Positions 1 through 12,299 of a DNA stretch of 33,103 nt are shown here, one piece after another. The notes under the pieces were generated by a model. It saw only the letters and a program-made list of their open reading frames with translations. It ran no database searches and was not told the DNA's origin. A program made the position numbers and the translations under genes. Each line of letters begins with the position of its first letter. Within the stretch, counting starts at the first letter, position 1. Source of the stretch: Octopus bimaculoides. Taxonomy: Eukaryota. The stretch lies in contig NC_068992.1 of the NCBI RefSeq assembly GCF_001194135.2, positions 43,401,189-43,434,291 of the forward strand, read 5' to 3'.

Positions 1-356
1 CTAATTAAATGCGTTCAGTAAACTTTTGAAGGAAAATTATTACTTTGTTAAAAATCTTTTTACCTTTGATTTGATTTGGATTGTTTTAACTCAGTGTTAA
101 TGTAACTAAAGCTTAACATGTATTCTATAACTTATAGCAAACAAACAAAAAAAAGGAGAACACAACTCTAATACAATCTGAACGATCAGAGGTTTTGGAA
201 CTCTTTAATGAAAGAGACTGAAATTAATTATACATTAATAAAATTATTATTTAGTAACGAATTTATTATTGATAATGCAACAGAAATTAAAGATGTTTAC
301 CCTCGTTAGGCAACAGCATTTCTCACCTAACTGAATAGATTGTGGAGTACTACATA

Positions 357-421
357 ACCTATTATTATTATTGTTGTTGTTGTTGTTGTTGTTGTTGCTG
401 TTGTTGTTGTTGTTATCATTA
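357..421. repeat. (ATT)n/(GTT)n compound trinucleotide microsatellite
   Basis: Directly visible tandem triplets. Confidence 0.95.
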
Positions 422-975
422 TTAAATGAGAGAGCAGTACATGCCATCAAAGTGACACTGGGGTAAAATATACGAAGCCCAGTATACCCATCAGGACTAC
501 CTGTCTGATAAGGATACACCAGGCACATGCATCACAATCATATATGCGCGATATAGTGGTCTCATCAAGATAAACAGCGCATGACCCTGCAGGTGGGGCC
601 CAGTTAGAATTTTCTTCAGGTTGAGTAGCACATCCAGCTCAAATGGTCCCTCAATAATGGTTGTTTAAGGATGTTGAACGAAACACCCATGTTTCCAAAG
701 GTGACTATTCCAAACCTCAAAGAATTCCTTTCAACACATGGCTATGATACTCCCCCACGACTTCTGCACGTGATCAGAGATGCACATATCGTCAGCCACT
801 AAGGGACATGCTCAACTGGTTAAGGTCAAATAACTGACAAGCAAATCTGTGGTATTGAGCAGAATATTTGCATGAGTGCGTCTTTTTATACCAAGACAAA
901 AGATGTACATGATAACACTTCCAATCAGCTAAGATAAGAAACCATGAGAGCCACTGCCTGCTACTGCATCAGGAC
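422..975 (-). mobile_element. ~550-bp non-coding interspersed element embedded in (TAA)n tracts
   Basis: Higher-GC, complex block bounded on both sides by ATT/ATC triplet runs, reading as a (TAA)-type tail on the minus strand. No ORF. Repeat status is from recall of Octopus-like repeats; only one copy in the window. Confidence 0.5.
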
Positions 976-995
976 ATTTTATTATCATCATCATC

Positions 996-1075
<80 letters not shown>
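976..1075. repeat. (ATC/ATT)n microsatellite
   Basis: Directly visible. Confidence 0.95.
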
Positions 1076-1076
<1 letters not shown>

Positions 1077-1910
1077 TACACAATATGAAGAGCGCGATGC
1101 AATTGCAATAGATATTTTATTGGTCGAACGATATCTCGACAGCAAGCCCGTCTTTGTCGAGTTCAAAATAAAAAGTGATAAAAATTCAAAATTATAGAAA
1201 TTCAAATCCAAAATATGAACGAGAGCAACCGGCGTCCACACATTGATGGAATGACATCATCAGTCTTTAAGTTTCAACTTTACAACTGGCGAAAAGAAAA
1301 AGACAGAAAAAAAGACAGAAGAAAAGGAGGAAAGAAAAAAAGAAAAGGAAAAAGAAGAATATTTAATAAACAGTTATGTGTAAATTTGATTAGATTCTCC
1401 TGTCATTTTATTCATTCCACCAAGGCGTGGTGGTAATAACCTGCAAACATTTTTTCATCATGCATTTTGAGTATTGAAAGTGCATCAGATTCAGAATATT
1501 TTCTGAGAATATACACTTTCAAGCCTTTTTCAAAACAGCAGCCGTTTGAAGCAAAATGTTCGGCAAGTTTTGTCGAGATGCCCTTATTGTGCCTGACATC
1601 ATATTTGTGCTCATTGAAAACTTTGTTCAATTATTCTGCTGTACAACCAATATAAATCAAGTTGCGTTTCGTGCATTCTGATAACTACACCAAAAGGGAA
1701 TCTCTACATGTCCCACCGTCTATATAAATCATAACATTTCTGTTACGATTTCTGATGGAATTCGCTTGACTCATGTTGTTGCGTATGGAACGGGGCTTAC
1801 CACTTTTGTGGTTATTTTTCAAGGTACAGCGCGCAGATACTCCAATGTTAGTTTTCTTGAAGTCAAAAGTAGAGGTTAATAGTTCTCTTATATTTTTATT
1901 CCATCTAAAG
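1076..1910 (-). mobile_element. Penelope-like element 3' fragment (GIY-YIG endonuclease plus terminal repeat remnant), degenerate
   Basis: Minus-strand translation GGTCRDSLLV*LSECTKRNLIYIGCTAE*LNKVFNEHKYDVRHNKG...LAEHF matches the PLE GIY-YIG pattern (C-x2-C..YIG.T..L..RF.EH). It has in-frame stops and a downstream AATAAA. Confidence 0.75.
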
Positions 1911-1975
1911 GATTATTATTGTTGTTGTTGTTGTTGTTGCTTTCATTATTGATGTTGTTATCATTATCATTATTT

Positions 1976-3400
1976 TTTTTAAATTCTACTTAGGTTTTTG
2001 TTGCGTTCTTTAATACGAACTATTCCAAGTCTCACCCAAAGACCACAAATTGGATGTTCTACTAAGGATGTTATTTTTTATTAGAAATGATATATTTATT
2101 GTACAGTAAGGAGACCAGAATCTAAGAACTAAGATTCTGTTAAATTAGTAACATTTCAGTTTTGAAGGTGTTCTAAGAGAATCGGGTATTTTCAAGTTCC
2201 CAATCTCTTGCTTAAGATGAGTAGTACTTATTGAGAGCAAGTTTTTGTAGTTATGATACCTCGGAGTTTCCAAGTATATAACCATTTTATTTAAGAGCGG
2301 CACTTTCTATTCTTCCCAAGGCTCCAATGATCACAGGTACAGTGGTTCTTAGCTACCACATTTTTGAAACCCCTTTTCAATTTCCGGCATATGATCAAAT
2401 TCAGATACTGACCAAGTCTACGATGACAATTATTTTAATCATTTGACGATGGAATAGAGCATCCAGAAGATGCGGTGGTCAATTGTTTCCCTGACTGCAC
2501 CAGAAAAGTGGCAGGTAATACCAGCACCATTTTAAGAATGTCTGGTTGATAGTTTCTGGTGAGCAGACTCTGATCCTGAGCTGCAGGAATGGAACCCACA
2601 TTTTCTGATTTAAGTTCTGATGCAACCAGACAATGGTGGGTCATGTTTGCACCTACATCAGTATCACAAGCTCTTGTCGAGTATTTGCCGTGCAATGCCT
2701 TATTTTTCCATGTATTTCACAATACTGAAATTCCATTTGATTTGGTTTGTGCTTTGATCTGTTTTGCTAACACAGTGGATTCTTCTGTTTCATCTAGTTG
2801 TACCTCAGTCTTGTTCATCTTTTGCGTCTGTGTGTATGTGTGTATGTGTGTATGTGTTTGTGTGCGTGTGTATGTGTGCACTTTCATATTTGCAAACAAG
2901 TTTAAGACATCAGGCATTTGTATTCTTAAGATAGGTGTCTAACTCTGCAGCTGCATCATTCCCCGTCCTCCATCCTTTCGTGAAATGTATAGTCTATCTA
3001 CATCTACTTTTGGGTGATACACGCAGTGCACTGTGAGAAACTCGCATAATTTTGTATCAATTTTACTAATCTCAAAGATGGACCATTTTATTGCTGTTAA
3101 TGCTGTTGGTGACAACAGTTATTTCTAAAATACTGATGGCATTATTCCTGTATTTCGCATTAAGTTCGCTCTTTCAGATAGCTGTAACTCGATGATAATA
3201 TTTGTAATGTTTTTCGCGAACATATTTTTTGATGTTGGTAGATTTGTCTGTTTTATATGTTGTTCGTTTCAGAAGTTTTCTCTGGAAGAATGTGGCTTTA
3301 ACACATTCATCAAAGCCGAACTCCACTTCAAGATTGACTGAACTGTTTTATCAGTTAAAAGTTGTTCCAGTTGTTGATCATTTATTGGGAATAGCTTTAT
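1976..3400 (-). mobile_element. R4/Dong-like (RLE) non-LTR retrotransposon, 3' part with internal deletions
   Basis: Minus-strand motifs in canonical order: EFGFDECVKATF, KSELNAK, HPKVDVDRLYISRKDGGRGM, LHGKY, AAQDQSLLTRNY, RETIDH/SGC, VPVIIGALG, then a 3' UTR and triplet tail (1912-1975). An internal (TG)n lies at ~2826-2880. Confidence 0.85.
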
Positions 3401-3468
3401 CTCATCCTTATTGTTATTATCGTCGTCGTCATTGTCGTTGCTGCTGATGCTGTTGTTGTTGTTGCCGA

Positions 3469-3925
3469 NNNNNNNNNNNNNNNNNNNNNNNNNNNNNNNN
3501 NNNNNNNNNNNNNNNNNNNNNNNNNNNNNNNNNNNNNNNNNNNNNNNNNNNNNNNNNNNNNNNNNNNNNNNNNNNNNNNNNNNNNNNNNNNNNNNNNNNN
3601 NNNNNNNNNNNNNNNNNNNNNNNNNNNNNNNNNNNNNNNNNNNNNNNNNNNNNNNNNNNNNNNNNNNNNNNNNNNNNNNNNNNNNNNNNNNNNNNNNNNN
3701 NNNNNNNNNNNNNNNNNNNNNNNNNNNNNNNNNNNNNNNNNNNNNNNNNNNNNNNNNNNNNNNNNNNNNNNNNNNNNNNNNNNNNNNNNNNNNNNNNNNN
3801 NNNNNNNNNNNNNNNNNNNNNNNNNNNNNNNNNNNNNNNNNNNNNNNNNNNNNNNNNNNNNNNNNNNNNNNNNNNNNNNNNNNNNNNNNNNNNNNNNNNN
3901 NNNNNNNNNNNNNNNNNNNNNNNNN
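3469..3925. other. Assembly gap (N-run)
   Basis: N characters; flanked by (GTT)n and (CT)n. Confidence 1.
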
Positions 3926-3961
<36 letters not shown>

Positions 3962-4019
3962 AAAAACTCATGACCTTGTAACAAACTTAGAAAGAATCAT
4001 TGTTATTATTTAGGAACCA

Positions 4020-4190
4020 ATGAAGACGCTTAGCAATGCTGAGAAAATCTCTTTGTGGTCCTTAGTTACGTCCTTTTGCATTTTGGATTTATATCCTGTC
4101 GGAGTCGACTATGATAAAGCGGTACCAGTGAAGCACTGAGGTCATCTACATCGATATATCCTTCCTTGAGTAATACCAGACAAGTACTTA
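4020..4190 (+). mobile_element. Degenerate copy of tRNA-derived SINE family A
   Basis: cggagtcgact...gtaccagtgaagcactgaggtc resembles the family-A body cggggtcgata...gtaccagttgagtactggggtc seen in other copies here. Confidence 0.4.
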
Positions 4191-6249
4191 GAATACTTGG
4201 ATCTTACGTGACTGTATTTTTAATAATATAAAATACTCGTGAATGAAGACAAGATTTTTCTGCAGTCATTACTATACAATAACACTGCGATGTAATTTCA
4301 AGTTGAGAAATGTGGATAGAATTCTGTTTTCGTGATCACTAGGATGCCCGGAAATGAGCTGGTCGATTGCTTATGTCGACTGCATCGTCTGGAATTGGCG
4401 TTAACCTCTTGTTCTTTCACTCTATTTTGGTAGGTTTTATTTGATTTTTTTTGTATCTTCTTTCTATTTGTAGCTAAATATCGATCTTGTACAGCTAAAA
4501 TCGGACATTCCATTTCTACCCTAAGGTTAGAAACGTTGCATTATTTTTGCTGTTCATATTGGCTCACTTCCTCTCTGTCCAGTTTGCAAGATTCTGATCG
4601 TGGGGAGGATTTTTCCTTTCCTATTTTCAGATTCCAGTACGATTATATTTATTTATTCATTTATCTTTTCTCTGGTTTTTCTTACACCATCGCTTTTCCT
4701 TCGATGAAAAAAAAACAGCTCTTAGCGGCGAATTGAGAGAATCGTGTTTTTGTTAGTTTGTTTTTTATTTGTTATTTTTATACGATTTGTTTCAAACATG
4801 GCTTGAGGCCATCCTAGCGTCAGAGATTACAAAGAAGGAAAAACAGGAGTGGCCTACAAATTTAAAAGGTGTCCATTGACAGAACACGTAAAGACAGAAT
4901 ATCAGAGACTAGAGGAAAACCAGACGATGGTAGTGAGTTCCAGAGGGCAGCAGTTATTTAGGCTATCTAGTAGAACATTTAGATACATTTGCTCCGACTC
5001 TCTGTTCTCTGAATCCAAATCTAGCCAAGATCAGATTTACTTTTCATTGAGGAGGGGGTGGATAAATAAAAGACCGCTTCAGAACAGCGATTTTGTCGGA
5101 AATATTTTTAGAGCATCTAACGAGTTCTTTTGAGGTATATGTCACGGATCATTGTGTGTTGACAGTGGTGACTGCTATGACACAGACGCCAAGCTTTATC
5201 AGCCAATTTTGCCCTTCTCTTGAGCATCATCGGTGGCATTGAGTGGGGAGTCTTGCATGCCATGTAACTGCCGGTCTCCCCTCAGAAAACATGGAGACCT
5301 GTACTTTGGAGGAAAACTTCCATGTATAGATTCATATCATGAAACATACGAAGGCTCCAGCAGTGGCTTCTAATTTGTACTTTATTGGAGTTTTTCAATA
5401 GCTGGGTCTAGACGAAATTAATGCACGCATGGCATCTGCAGCTCTCTAAAACCGGTGACATCGATGTCCTTAATGTCCATGTTCAAATGCTGCAAATTGC
5501 CGATCTTAAGAGAGACAGGATATGGACAAGAAATAATTTCCTGTGAGATGAACTTCTGAGTAGAAAAGTTCGACAAAATACTTTGATGTCTGTTGATGCA
5601 CGAATTATCTGTGAAGAAGGTTCGTGAGAAACTTTAGAGGAAGTTCTTACCTGAGCTTTCATGTGATTAGGTAGCTTATTAGCTGGTTCTATTGTAATGT
5701 GAATAGAAGAAGCCGGTTGAGGAGACGGAATATCCATCAGCTTGCAGAGGTGGTATTGACGAATGGTTTCATACCTATCACTCAACCAGCCTTCCAATAT
5801 ATAGCAGTGGAAAGTCGCTTCCTTTTATGTTATTTTACTTTATCCATCAATCATTTTGCTAAGTATCCTTTTCAGTTCTACAGTGGTTACTTTCTAATAG
5901 GCTTCAATTTGTTTCGAGGATCGTTCTCGGTTGACTTTGCGGAAAACACATCTTATAGACATCAGCTTTATGGTGTTGTCTTCAGCCTGCAGTAAGATCT
6001 ATTCTACATCGCCTAACAAACCTCTTCACTTCACTGCATTACCGATTAATTACACTGGAGCTGTGTCATGATGGGTGATGTATTTACAACATTTATACCT
6101 ATAACCGTTTTTTTTTTTCTGAAGTTCCATTTACTATTAATTTGAATAGCCTGATGTATTTGTAATATTGTTGCCAAATCCGCTATAATTTTTTCTTTTA
6201 TATATTTGCATGATTTATCTTATCCATTTCATCTCTATCAAAATGCATC

Positions 6250-7010
6250 TTTCTGCTATAGTTCTGTTATAATTCTCCAATTCCAGTGTCTAAATCTAAC
6301 TTAATATCATCAGTTTTAATTAAATTACGTATTATTAGATGAGTTGTTGCATATTTATGTAATTCCAAACAAATTTTGATTTCACAACTGAATTCAACTC
6401 GTGTTTCGTTAACCTCTTCTTCGTGGATGTTTCTTTGTAAATTATTCAAATTCAACAGAGAGAAGTGTGAGCATAAAATATGTAGCCATAGAGTAGTAGT
6501 TGCTAATATTTTTGTTTACCCTTAGGTCAGCTTTGATCAAGCTGCTTTATGATGAAATGCATTCCAGCCATGACTATACGATGTTTCAGCTATGTACACT
6601 ATACGCACAAAGTAGTCCTTTATACACATAATATATTAATGACTACTTTAAGAAACGTATCCTTCCAATCCAAATCTACCCCGTCAGTTCATGGAAGTTT
6701 AGTCGTTATTATTAGCTGATCACAAGAGTGAAGACAAAGTTAGATATTCTCCTGAAGAATTTCTCTTCTTACGAAATAAAGATGGTTTTTAAGAACTCGT
6801 TGCAGTTTCCTAGACAGTGGAGAAAAGTGTTTTGTTTATGCACAGAGTTTACAAGTCTATTTTATTAGTGTCAAAAGTACCTCGTCGATCATTCCCTGCC
6901 ATACTTACATTCTTGTTTCTCATTGAGGTGTCTTCCAAAATTGTTTAGTTTACATCAAACAATTCATCGATTGCATGGGGATAGCACTTCCATCTATCAT
7001 TAAAAATATA
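6250..7010 (-). mobile_element. Possible highly decayed Helitron PIF1-helicase fragment
   Basis: Only loose similarity across frames (AIDELF..ILED, MAGNDRR, DQLI..KLP.TDG, VEF..HL.IRNL) to Helitron helicase motifs. Confidence 0.25.
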
Positions 7011-7187
7011 TCTTCTTATTCAAATTAATCTTTATGTTAAATATGACGTCGAATGTGATGAAATATTTCCTAGTCCTAATCGCTAAACCAAAAAAATGGC
7101 ATCCGAAAAAACCCTTCCTAATTTTAGCACAAATGCAACGATTTTATGGGGAGGGAAATTCAATTGCATCAACTCTAACACTTGACT

Positions 7188-7325
7188 GGTACTTTATTTT
7201 ATCGACCCCGGTAGAATTGAAGGCAAAATCGACCTCAGGAGAATCTGAACTCAGAACGTAAACACCAGAAAAAATTCCGCTAAGCATTTTGCGCGACGCG
7301 GTAACGACTATGCCAGTTCACTGTC
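7188..7325 (-). mobile_element. SINE family A copy
   Basis: atcgaccccg...aaggcaaaatcgacctc...gaactcagaacgtaa...ccgctaagcatttt is the reverse complement of the family-A head and body. Confidence 0.8.
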
Positions 7326-7344
7326 TCATTATCATCCCAAATAA

Positions 7345-7555
7345 GGTTTTCCAGTTTTATCATATGACCAGAGAAAGAGTAAATTGATTACATCAACCCC
7401 AGTACTTGCCTGATACTTATTTTATTGACCCCCGGGAAGGACGAAAGGCAAAGTCGACCTCCTCGAAATTTTACTCAGAATGATTCTTATAAGATGAACG
7501 AAATGTCACTAAGCATCTTTCCAGCGTGCAAACGGTTCTACCAACTCACGTCTCT
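7345..7555 (-). mobile_element. SINE family A copy (tandem with the preceding one)
   Basis: gattacatcaaccccagtact...gaaaggcaaagtcgacctc...ctaagcat matches other copies. Confidence 0.8.
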
Positions 7556-7659
7556 TAATATCATTCAAAAATAATAATGACCTATAGCTCTATACAGAAA
7601 ATATACACAGCTACAAAATGACATGAATATTGACCTGGCAAGTATTTAGAATAATGTTT

Positions 7660-7875
7660 TTAAAATAATTTGCCAATCAATGGTAGGACAAGAAAGATGT
7701 GCCAATCACGGTTACATCGGAGGAACCAGTGGAGCATTTGGAGGAGGAAATACACTACATATAAATTCAGCAGTGAACAAAAAATGGATGAAACGCTTTT
7801 GGCGTGGCATACTTGGATCCTAAAGGAGAAAAAAACATACCATAAAAATATAAGCTTTGGAAACAACAGATAGGA
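7660..7875 (+). mobile_element. Possible HERO/NeSL-like RLE retrotransposon RT fragment
   Basis: Frameshifted translation VPITVTSEEPVEHL.RKY...NIP*KYKLWKQQ resembles E.PVK.LG..Y...LPGKYK.W.YQ. Confidence 0.35.
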
Positions 7876-8482
7876 GTAACCACTATGTTATAGTTTCTGA
7901 GAAGTGCTCACACTGTACTGCGGAAAAAAAAACAAGATTATAACACAAGTGAATGTATTTTCTTAATAACAGTAATAACAGATATCCCGGTACACACTTC
8001 AAAAGCTATTTTAAAAGGTCGGAATTAGATAACAAAGAAATGTATGTACAGATACAGTGGTGACAGGATGCTAAGAATATAAGAGTTACCACAACAAGCA
8101 GCCACTCAACAGAACACAGGCGTTTACAAAGAGGGATTAATCGATGAAAAAAGACCGACCAACGGATCGAATAATTCGAATGATATATACAAAATGAAAT
8201 GTACTTGTCAGAATAACTAAATCGGTGACCTAAAAGATATTGGGCATGAAACATGAGTTGTGACAGTACGGACGCATTATACATATGTATATCAGTGTCT
8301 ATCGTAGTTGTTGTATTGGGTGAGCTGCCACACCCAATGCCACCAAATTTCAAGCAGGGACATAACAAAAGTTTTCCATTCAGATTTGTGATTAAATTAA
8401 TGAGTAAGGTTAATATTTATCACGAATTTGTCATTTTCGATGGCAGCGCAGATTTAGCACACGTGGAACATACGTCCTTGAT

Positions 8483-8565
8483 GTGTGTGTGTGTGTGTGT
8501 GTGTGTGTACGTGCGTGCGCGTGTGTGCGTGCGCGTGTGCGCGTGCGCGTGCGCGTGCGTGCGCG
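8483..8565. repeat. (GT)n/(GCGT)n/(GC)n alternating purine-pyrimidine tract
   Basis: Directly visible. Confidence 0.95.
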
Positions 8566-10459
8566 GCTGTATGAGTATGTCTGTGTGTACGTGCGATAGG
8601 TTATCATAGACTTTCCTTCTAACACAATTTATCCACAAGGCCTTGCCTTACTCAAAGCTATAACAGAAAGTAACCATTAGCTGGGTATGTTATGTTATAA
8701 CCGGAATCTTACAGCTGCGTGTCTAACTATTTAAACATACGGCAACACTTCCATCCATATTTTCTAAATTCTGAACATGGTGCCTACAGAATTACTGTAA
8801 CTCATTTCAATTGCAGTTCATTTAGTATTAGAATAGAAAAGAAAAAGAGACTAAGACAGAACTCTATTTCCAGAAAGTAAAAAGTCGTTTAATCTTTTTC
8901 GATTTTGTTTTTGTGATATTTTTTTTTTCTTTTCATTAATTCAAGCTTTGCTGCAATATCGCTCTAATTATACTGTAAAAAATATTCGCCAGATAATCCA
9001 TTGTAAACAAAGAATAAGGTAAAAAATCACGCAGAATTGAGAAAAGAATGATAGAAGGCAAAGAGAGATAGGGAAATGGACAGAATGAAGTATACAGAGA
9101 GATTAGGAAAAAAAAACAAGGAACAGATTATGAAAAAAAAGAAAGAAACAGATTAAGAAAAAGATACAAAATGAGATCGGTTGAAAATATGAGTGGAAAA
9201 AATGAGAGATGGAGAACAGTTAATTCAAATGTATAATGACTATCTCCACCTTGTTTAAAAAAAAAAGAAGGTGGTCTATATTTCATCACAATAAGCAACG
9301 GCTTCATAGAAATTACTGAGATTTTCTTTAATACTACATCTTTTGCACCTACCAGTGACTGTTCAGCTTGTCACTCATTTCAGTAAAACTCACTGGAAAA
9401 AAGCCCGTGCTTGGTCACCCGATATACTGGAAATAGAAGCTAAATCCCTCTCTAATCGCACTATGTTTTGCTATAAAAGTTTTGTACATTGTTTCATGCA
9501 GACTGAGAAATACAGTGACTGGGAGAAAATACACTAGATATGATTTAAATCTAACATTTGTAGATTATATTCAACTCACGTAGCGTTATGCGACTGTTAT
9601 TAGTCTCAAGATTAAAATTATCCCTACATAACATTTGTGAGCATACAGCAGACAGATTGGTTCATTGTTTATAAAAGTCTGGTTTCGTTTTGAAGAGAAC
9701 ATGTAACTACGCCATGCCTTGCCTTTGCAGGATGTCACAGTGCACAACTCGACAAAACATTTAGTTATCTTTCGTACGAGTGGTACAATGTAACCGCTTA
9801 GGTTTCTTCCATTTTCTCCGCCCTCCAGCCGGGATCATCCAATCTAATTTCAATCTAGAACTACATTATCCAATGCGTTCTTCTTTTATTCAGTGGAGTG
9901 ACTGAGGCAACCATGACATTTTTCAGGACGTATAAGTATAGTGGGTACCGGAAATGAGTAATTTATCCTCAAACGAAAAACTTAATCAAAATATCTGCAA
10001 CAGATTTGACCCCCACCCTTAAGCTATTTAAGTGTTTCTTGGTAGCGGTACACAGAGCCATGGTTCAAGCCAACTAACTGAAACTCAGAAATTGAATCTG
10101 AATAAAACCTTATCAAAAATGAAATGTTTTGAGTTGTTGCTGTTGCTGTTGGTGCTCTTATTTAATTTAGAGTGAATCCTAATCGACTGGATTTATAGTC
10201 AAAGGTGTTCCACTAATGATAACCTCGTCTCTTTAGATCTACATGTACAATTTCGGTTGATGAGGGTTAATTGCGTTTCCGTATATCGTGGGTCTGCTCC
10301 TCTAGAACAGCAGTTTCTTGTTGCTGAGAAGTCTAGTGCGAGGGAGAAGGCAGAGTTAAAATACAGGATTAGGATGCCCTGACTTGACATAAGACTGCTA
10401 TTTCTTTCAATTTGAATCAGGGGCAGCCTGTGTTGCACTTCGGGGTGACCTTTTCCTCT

Positions 10460-10543
10460 TGATTTCCATGTTCTCTCTCTCTATCTATCTATCTATCTCT
10501 CTATCTCTCTCACTCTCTCTCTCTGTCACTCTCTCTATCTCTC

Positions 10544-10626
<83 letters not shown>

Positions 10627-10760
10627 ATAATTCCTGCTCTCTCTTTTTCTCCATTTCTCTCTCCCTTCTCTCTATCCCCCTCTCTCTCTCCCTCTTTCTG
10701 TTCTCTGTCACCCACCCTCTCACCCTATCTCCTCCTCTCCCTCTCTCTCTCACACATACA
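10460..10760. repeat. (CT)n polypyrimidine microsatellite and degenerate flank
   Basis: Directly visible. Confidence 0.95.
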
Positions 10761-11217
10761 CACACACTCACATACTTCTATACATGCTTCTCTGAGAAAT
10801 CTATGTAAAGTTACGTGACCTTGGCCAATCAAAGTTAATTGTTTTGGTAATAAACTCAAGTCAGAACTATTAAAGAGATACGATATGTTTCCAATGTTGT
10901 TATAGACAGTCTGTCACCGTGTTGACTAGACTAAATGCAGCAATCAATTCTCACTTACTATAATCAAATATACATTTAGGATTAAAATGTAGAATTTCTT
11001 AAGCTTGCCTGCGGTGGAGACCTGCTCCAAATGCTTGTTACAGAGAAAAATATATGGGTTTCAGTTGATTTCGACGATGAGTATTCCAATTGCTATATTC
11101 CATCAACCCAAAAGGATGACAAGCAGAGTCAACTTCGGCGGAATTTGATCCCAGAATGTAATGCCGTTAAGCATTTTATTCGGTGTCTTAATAAGCACAC
11201 TGTCATAATAATAATAA

Positions 11218-11415
11218 TTTTGGTATAACGCCAGTCGAGGTAGGTGTTAGGTCGATTATATCGATCCCAGTTTTCAACTGGTACTTGTTTTATCGACTCT
11301 GACGGGATGAAAGGCAAAGGCGACCTTAGCAGAATTTAAAATCAGAACGTGAAGACGGACGAAATACCGCTAAGCATTTCGCCCGGCGTGCAAACGATTC
11401 TAATAGCTCGCCACC

Positions 11416-11417
<2 letters not shown>
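11218..11417 (-). mobile_element. SINE family A copy (near full length)
   Basis: The reverse complement reads aaggtggcgagct...gaaatgcttagcggtatttcgtccgtc...gttctgat...ctttgcctttcatcc; this is a tRNA-like head with a B-box-like region. Confidence 0.85.

Positions 11418-11476
<59 letters not shown>
11417..11476. repeat. (TAA)n; tail of the adjacent CR1-like LINE
   Basis: Directly visible. Confidence 0.9.
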
Positions 11477-11477
<1 letters not shown>

Positions 11478-11787
11478 GTTGATAACTTTGATAGGTTTCA
11501 GCCGGCATAGGCCCAGGTCATGTTTAACTTAATGGCACCACCTGGTTAAGTCTTTTAGAGTGGGCCACCATGGCCTACTCTAGCAAAGAGTGATCATTGT
11601 TGAAAACATATCCGGGTGTAGGAAGTTGGTCCGGGATTTTTTGAAGCAATTTGTCCAGTGAACTTTTGAATTTTATGGGATGCTTCCGTTTTGACGTATT
11701 TTGGTATGGTATTAAAGAGAGCTGGACCGGTTGAGATAAAGTAGTTATGGCGTAATGTTGTTATGTGTCCTGAGTTCGATTTTTGTA
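11477..11787 (-). mobile_element. CR1/L2-type LINE 3' end (5'-truncated)
   Basis: Minus ORF tail KSNSGHITTLRHNYFISTGPALFNTIPKYVK... resembles the C-terminal F...GP.LFN.LP motif of CR1-group LINEs. A short 3' UTR and triplet tail follow. Confidence 0.7.
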
Positions 11788-11986
<199 letters not shown>

Positions 11987-12025
11987 TAAAAATGTCAATT
12001 CCGATTTCTTTGATATATTTCCCCT

Positions 12026-12299
12026 ACAACCAAGTTCGAGAAATATGTCAAAGAACTCGAAATTGACATGAGAGAAGAGCAAGCCCCAAAAACTGCTCTT
12101 TTGGGGACAGCTAGGATTTTGAGATTGGTACTTGGTTGTTGAATGTCTCGCACGATAATTAACAACCAAGTATCAAAGCTTATAAAGTGGGGAAAGAGAC
12201 CCTGAGAGACATCTGACAACAGGCTGCTGTCCGCTCTCACAGAATCAACCTGAACAAACAAGACCGAACATTCCGTGAAGTAAAACAATAATAACAATA
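12026..12299 (+). mobile_element. R4/Dong-like element extreme 3' end (subfamily 1)
   Basis: TKFEKYVKELEIDMREEQAPKTALLGTARILRLVLGC* (stop 12140-12142) is the typical RLE C-terminus. A 3' UTR and an aataataacaataa tail follow. Confidence 0.8.

Noticed and set aside
4600-4660. Polypyrimidine tract plus AG (4629-4630) as a splice acceptor of a host exon
   Set aside because: No supportable ORF or matching donor follows, and such tracts are common in this AT-rich background.
6752-6790. CTGAAGA...GAAA as a hammerhead
   Set aside because: The intervening ATTTCTCTTCTTAC cannot form stem II, and there is no helix I or III.
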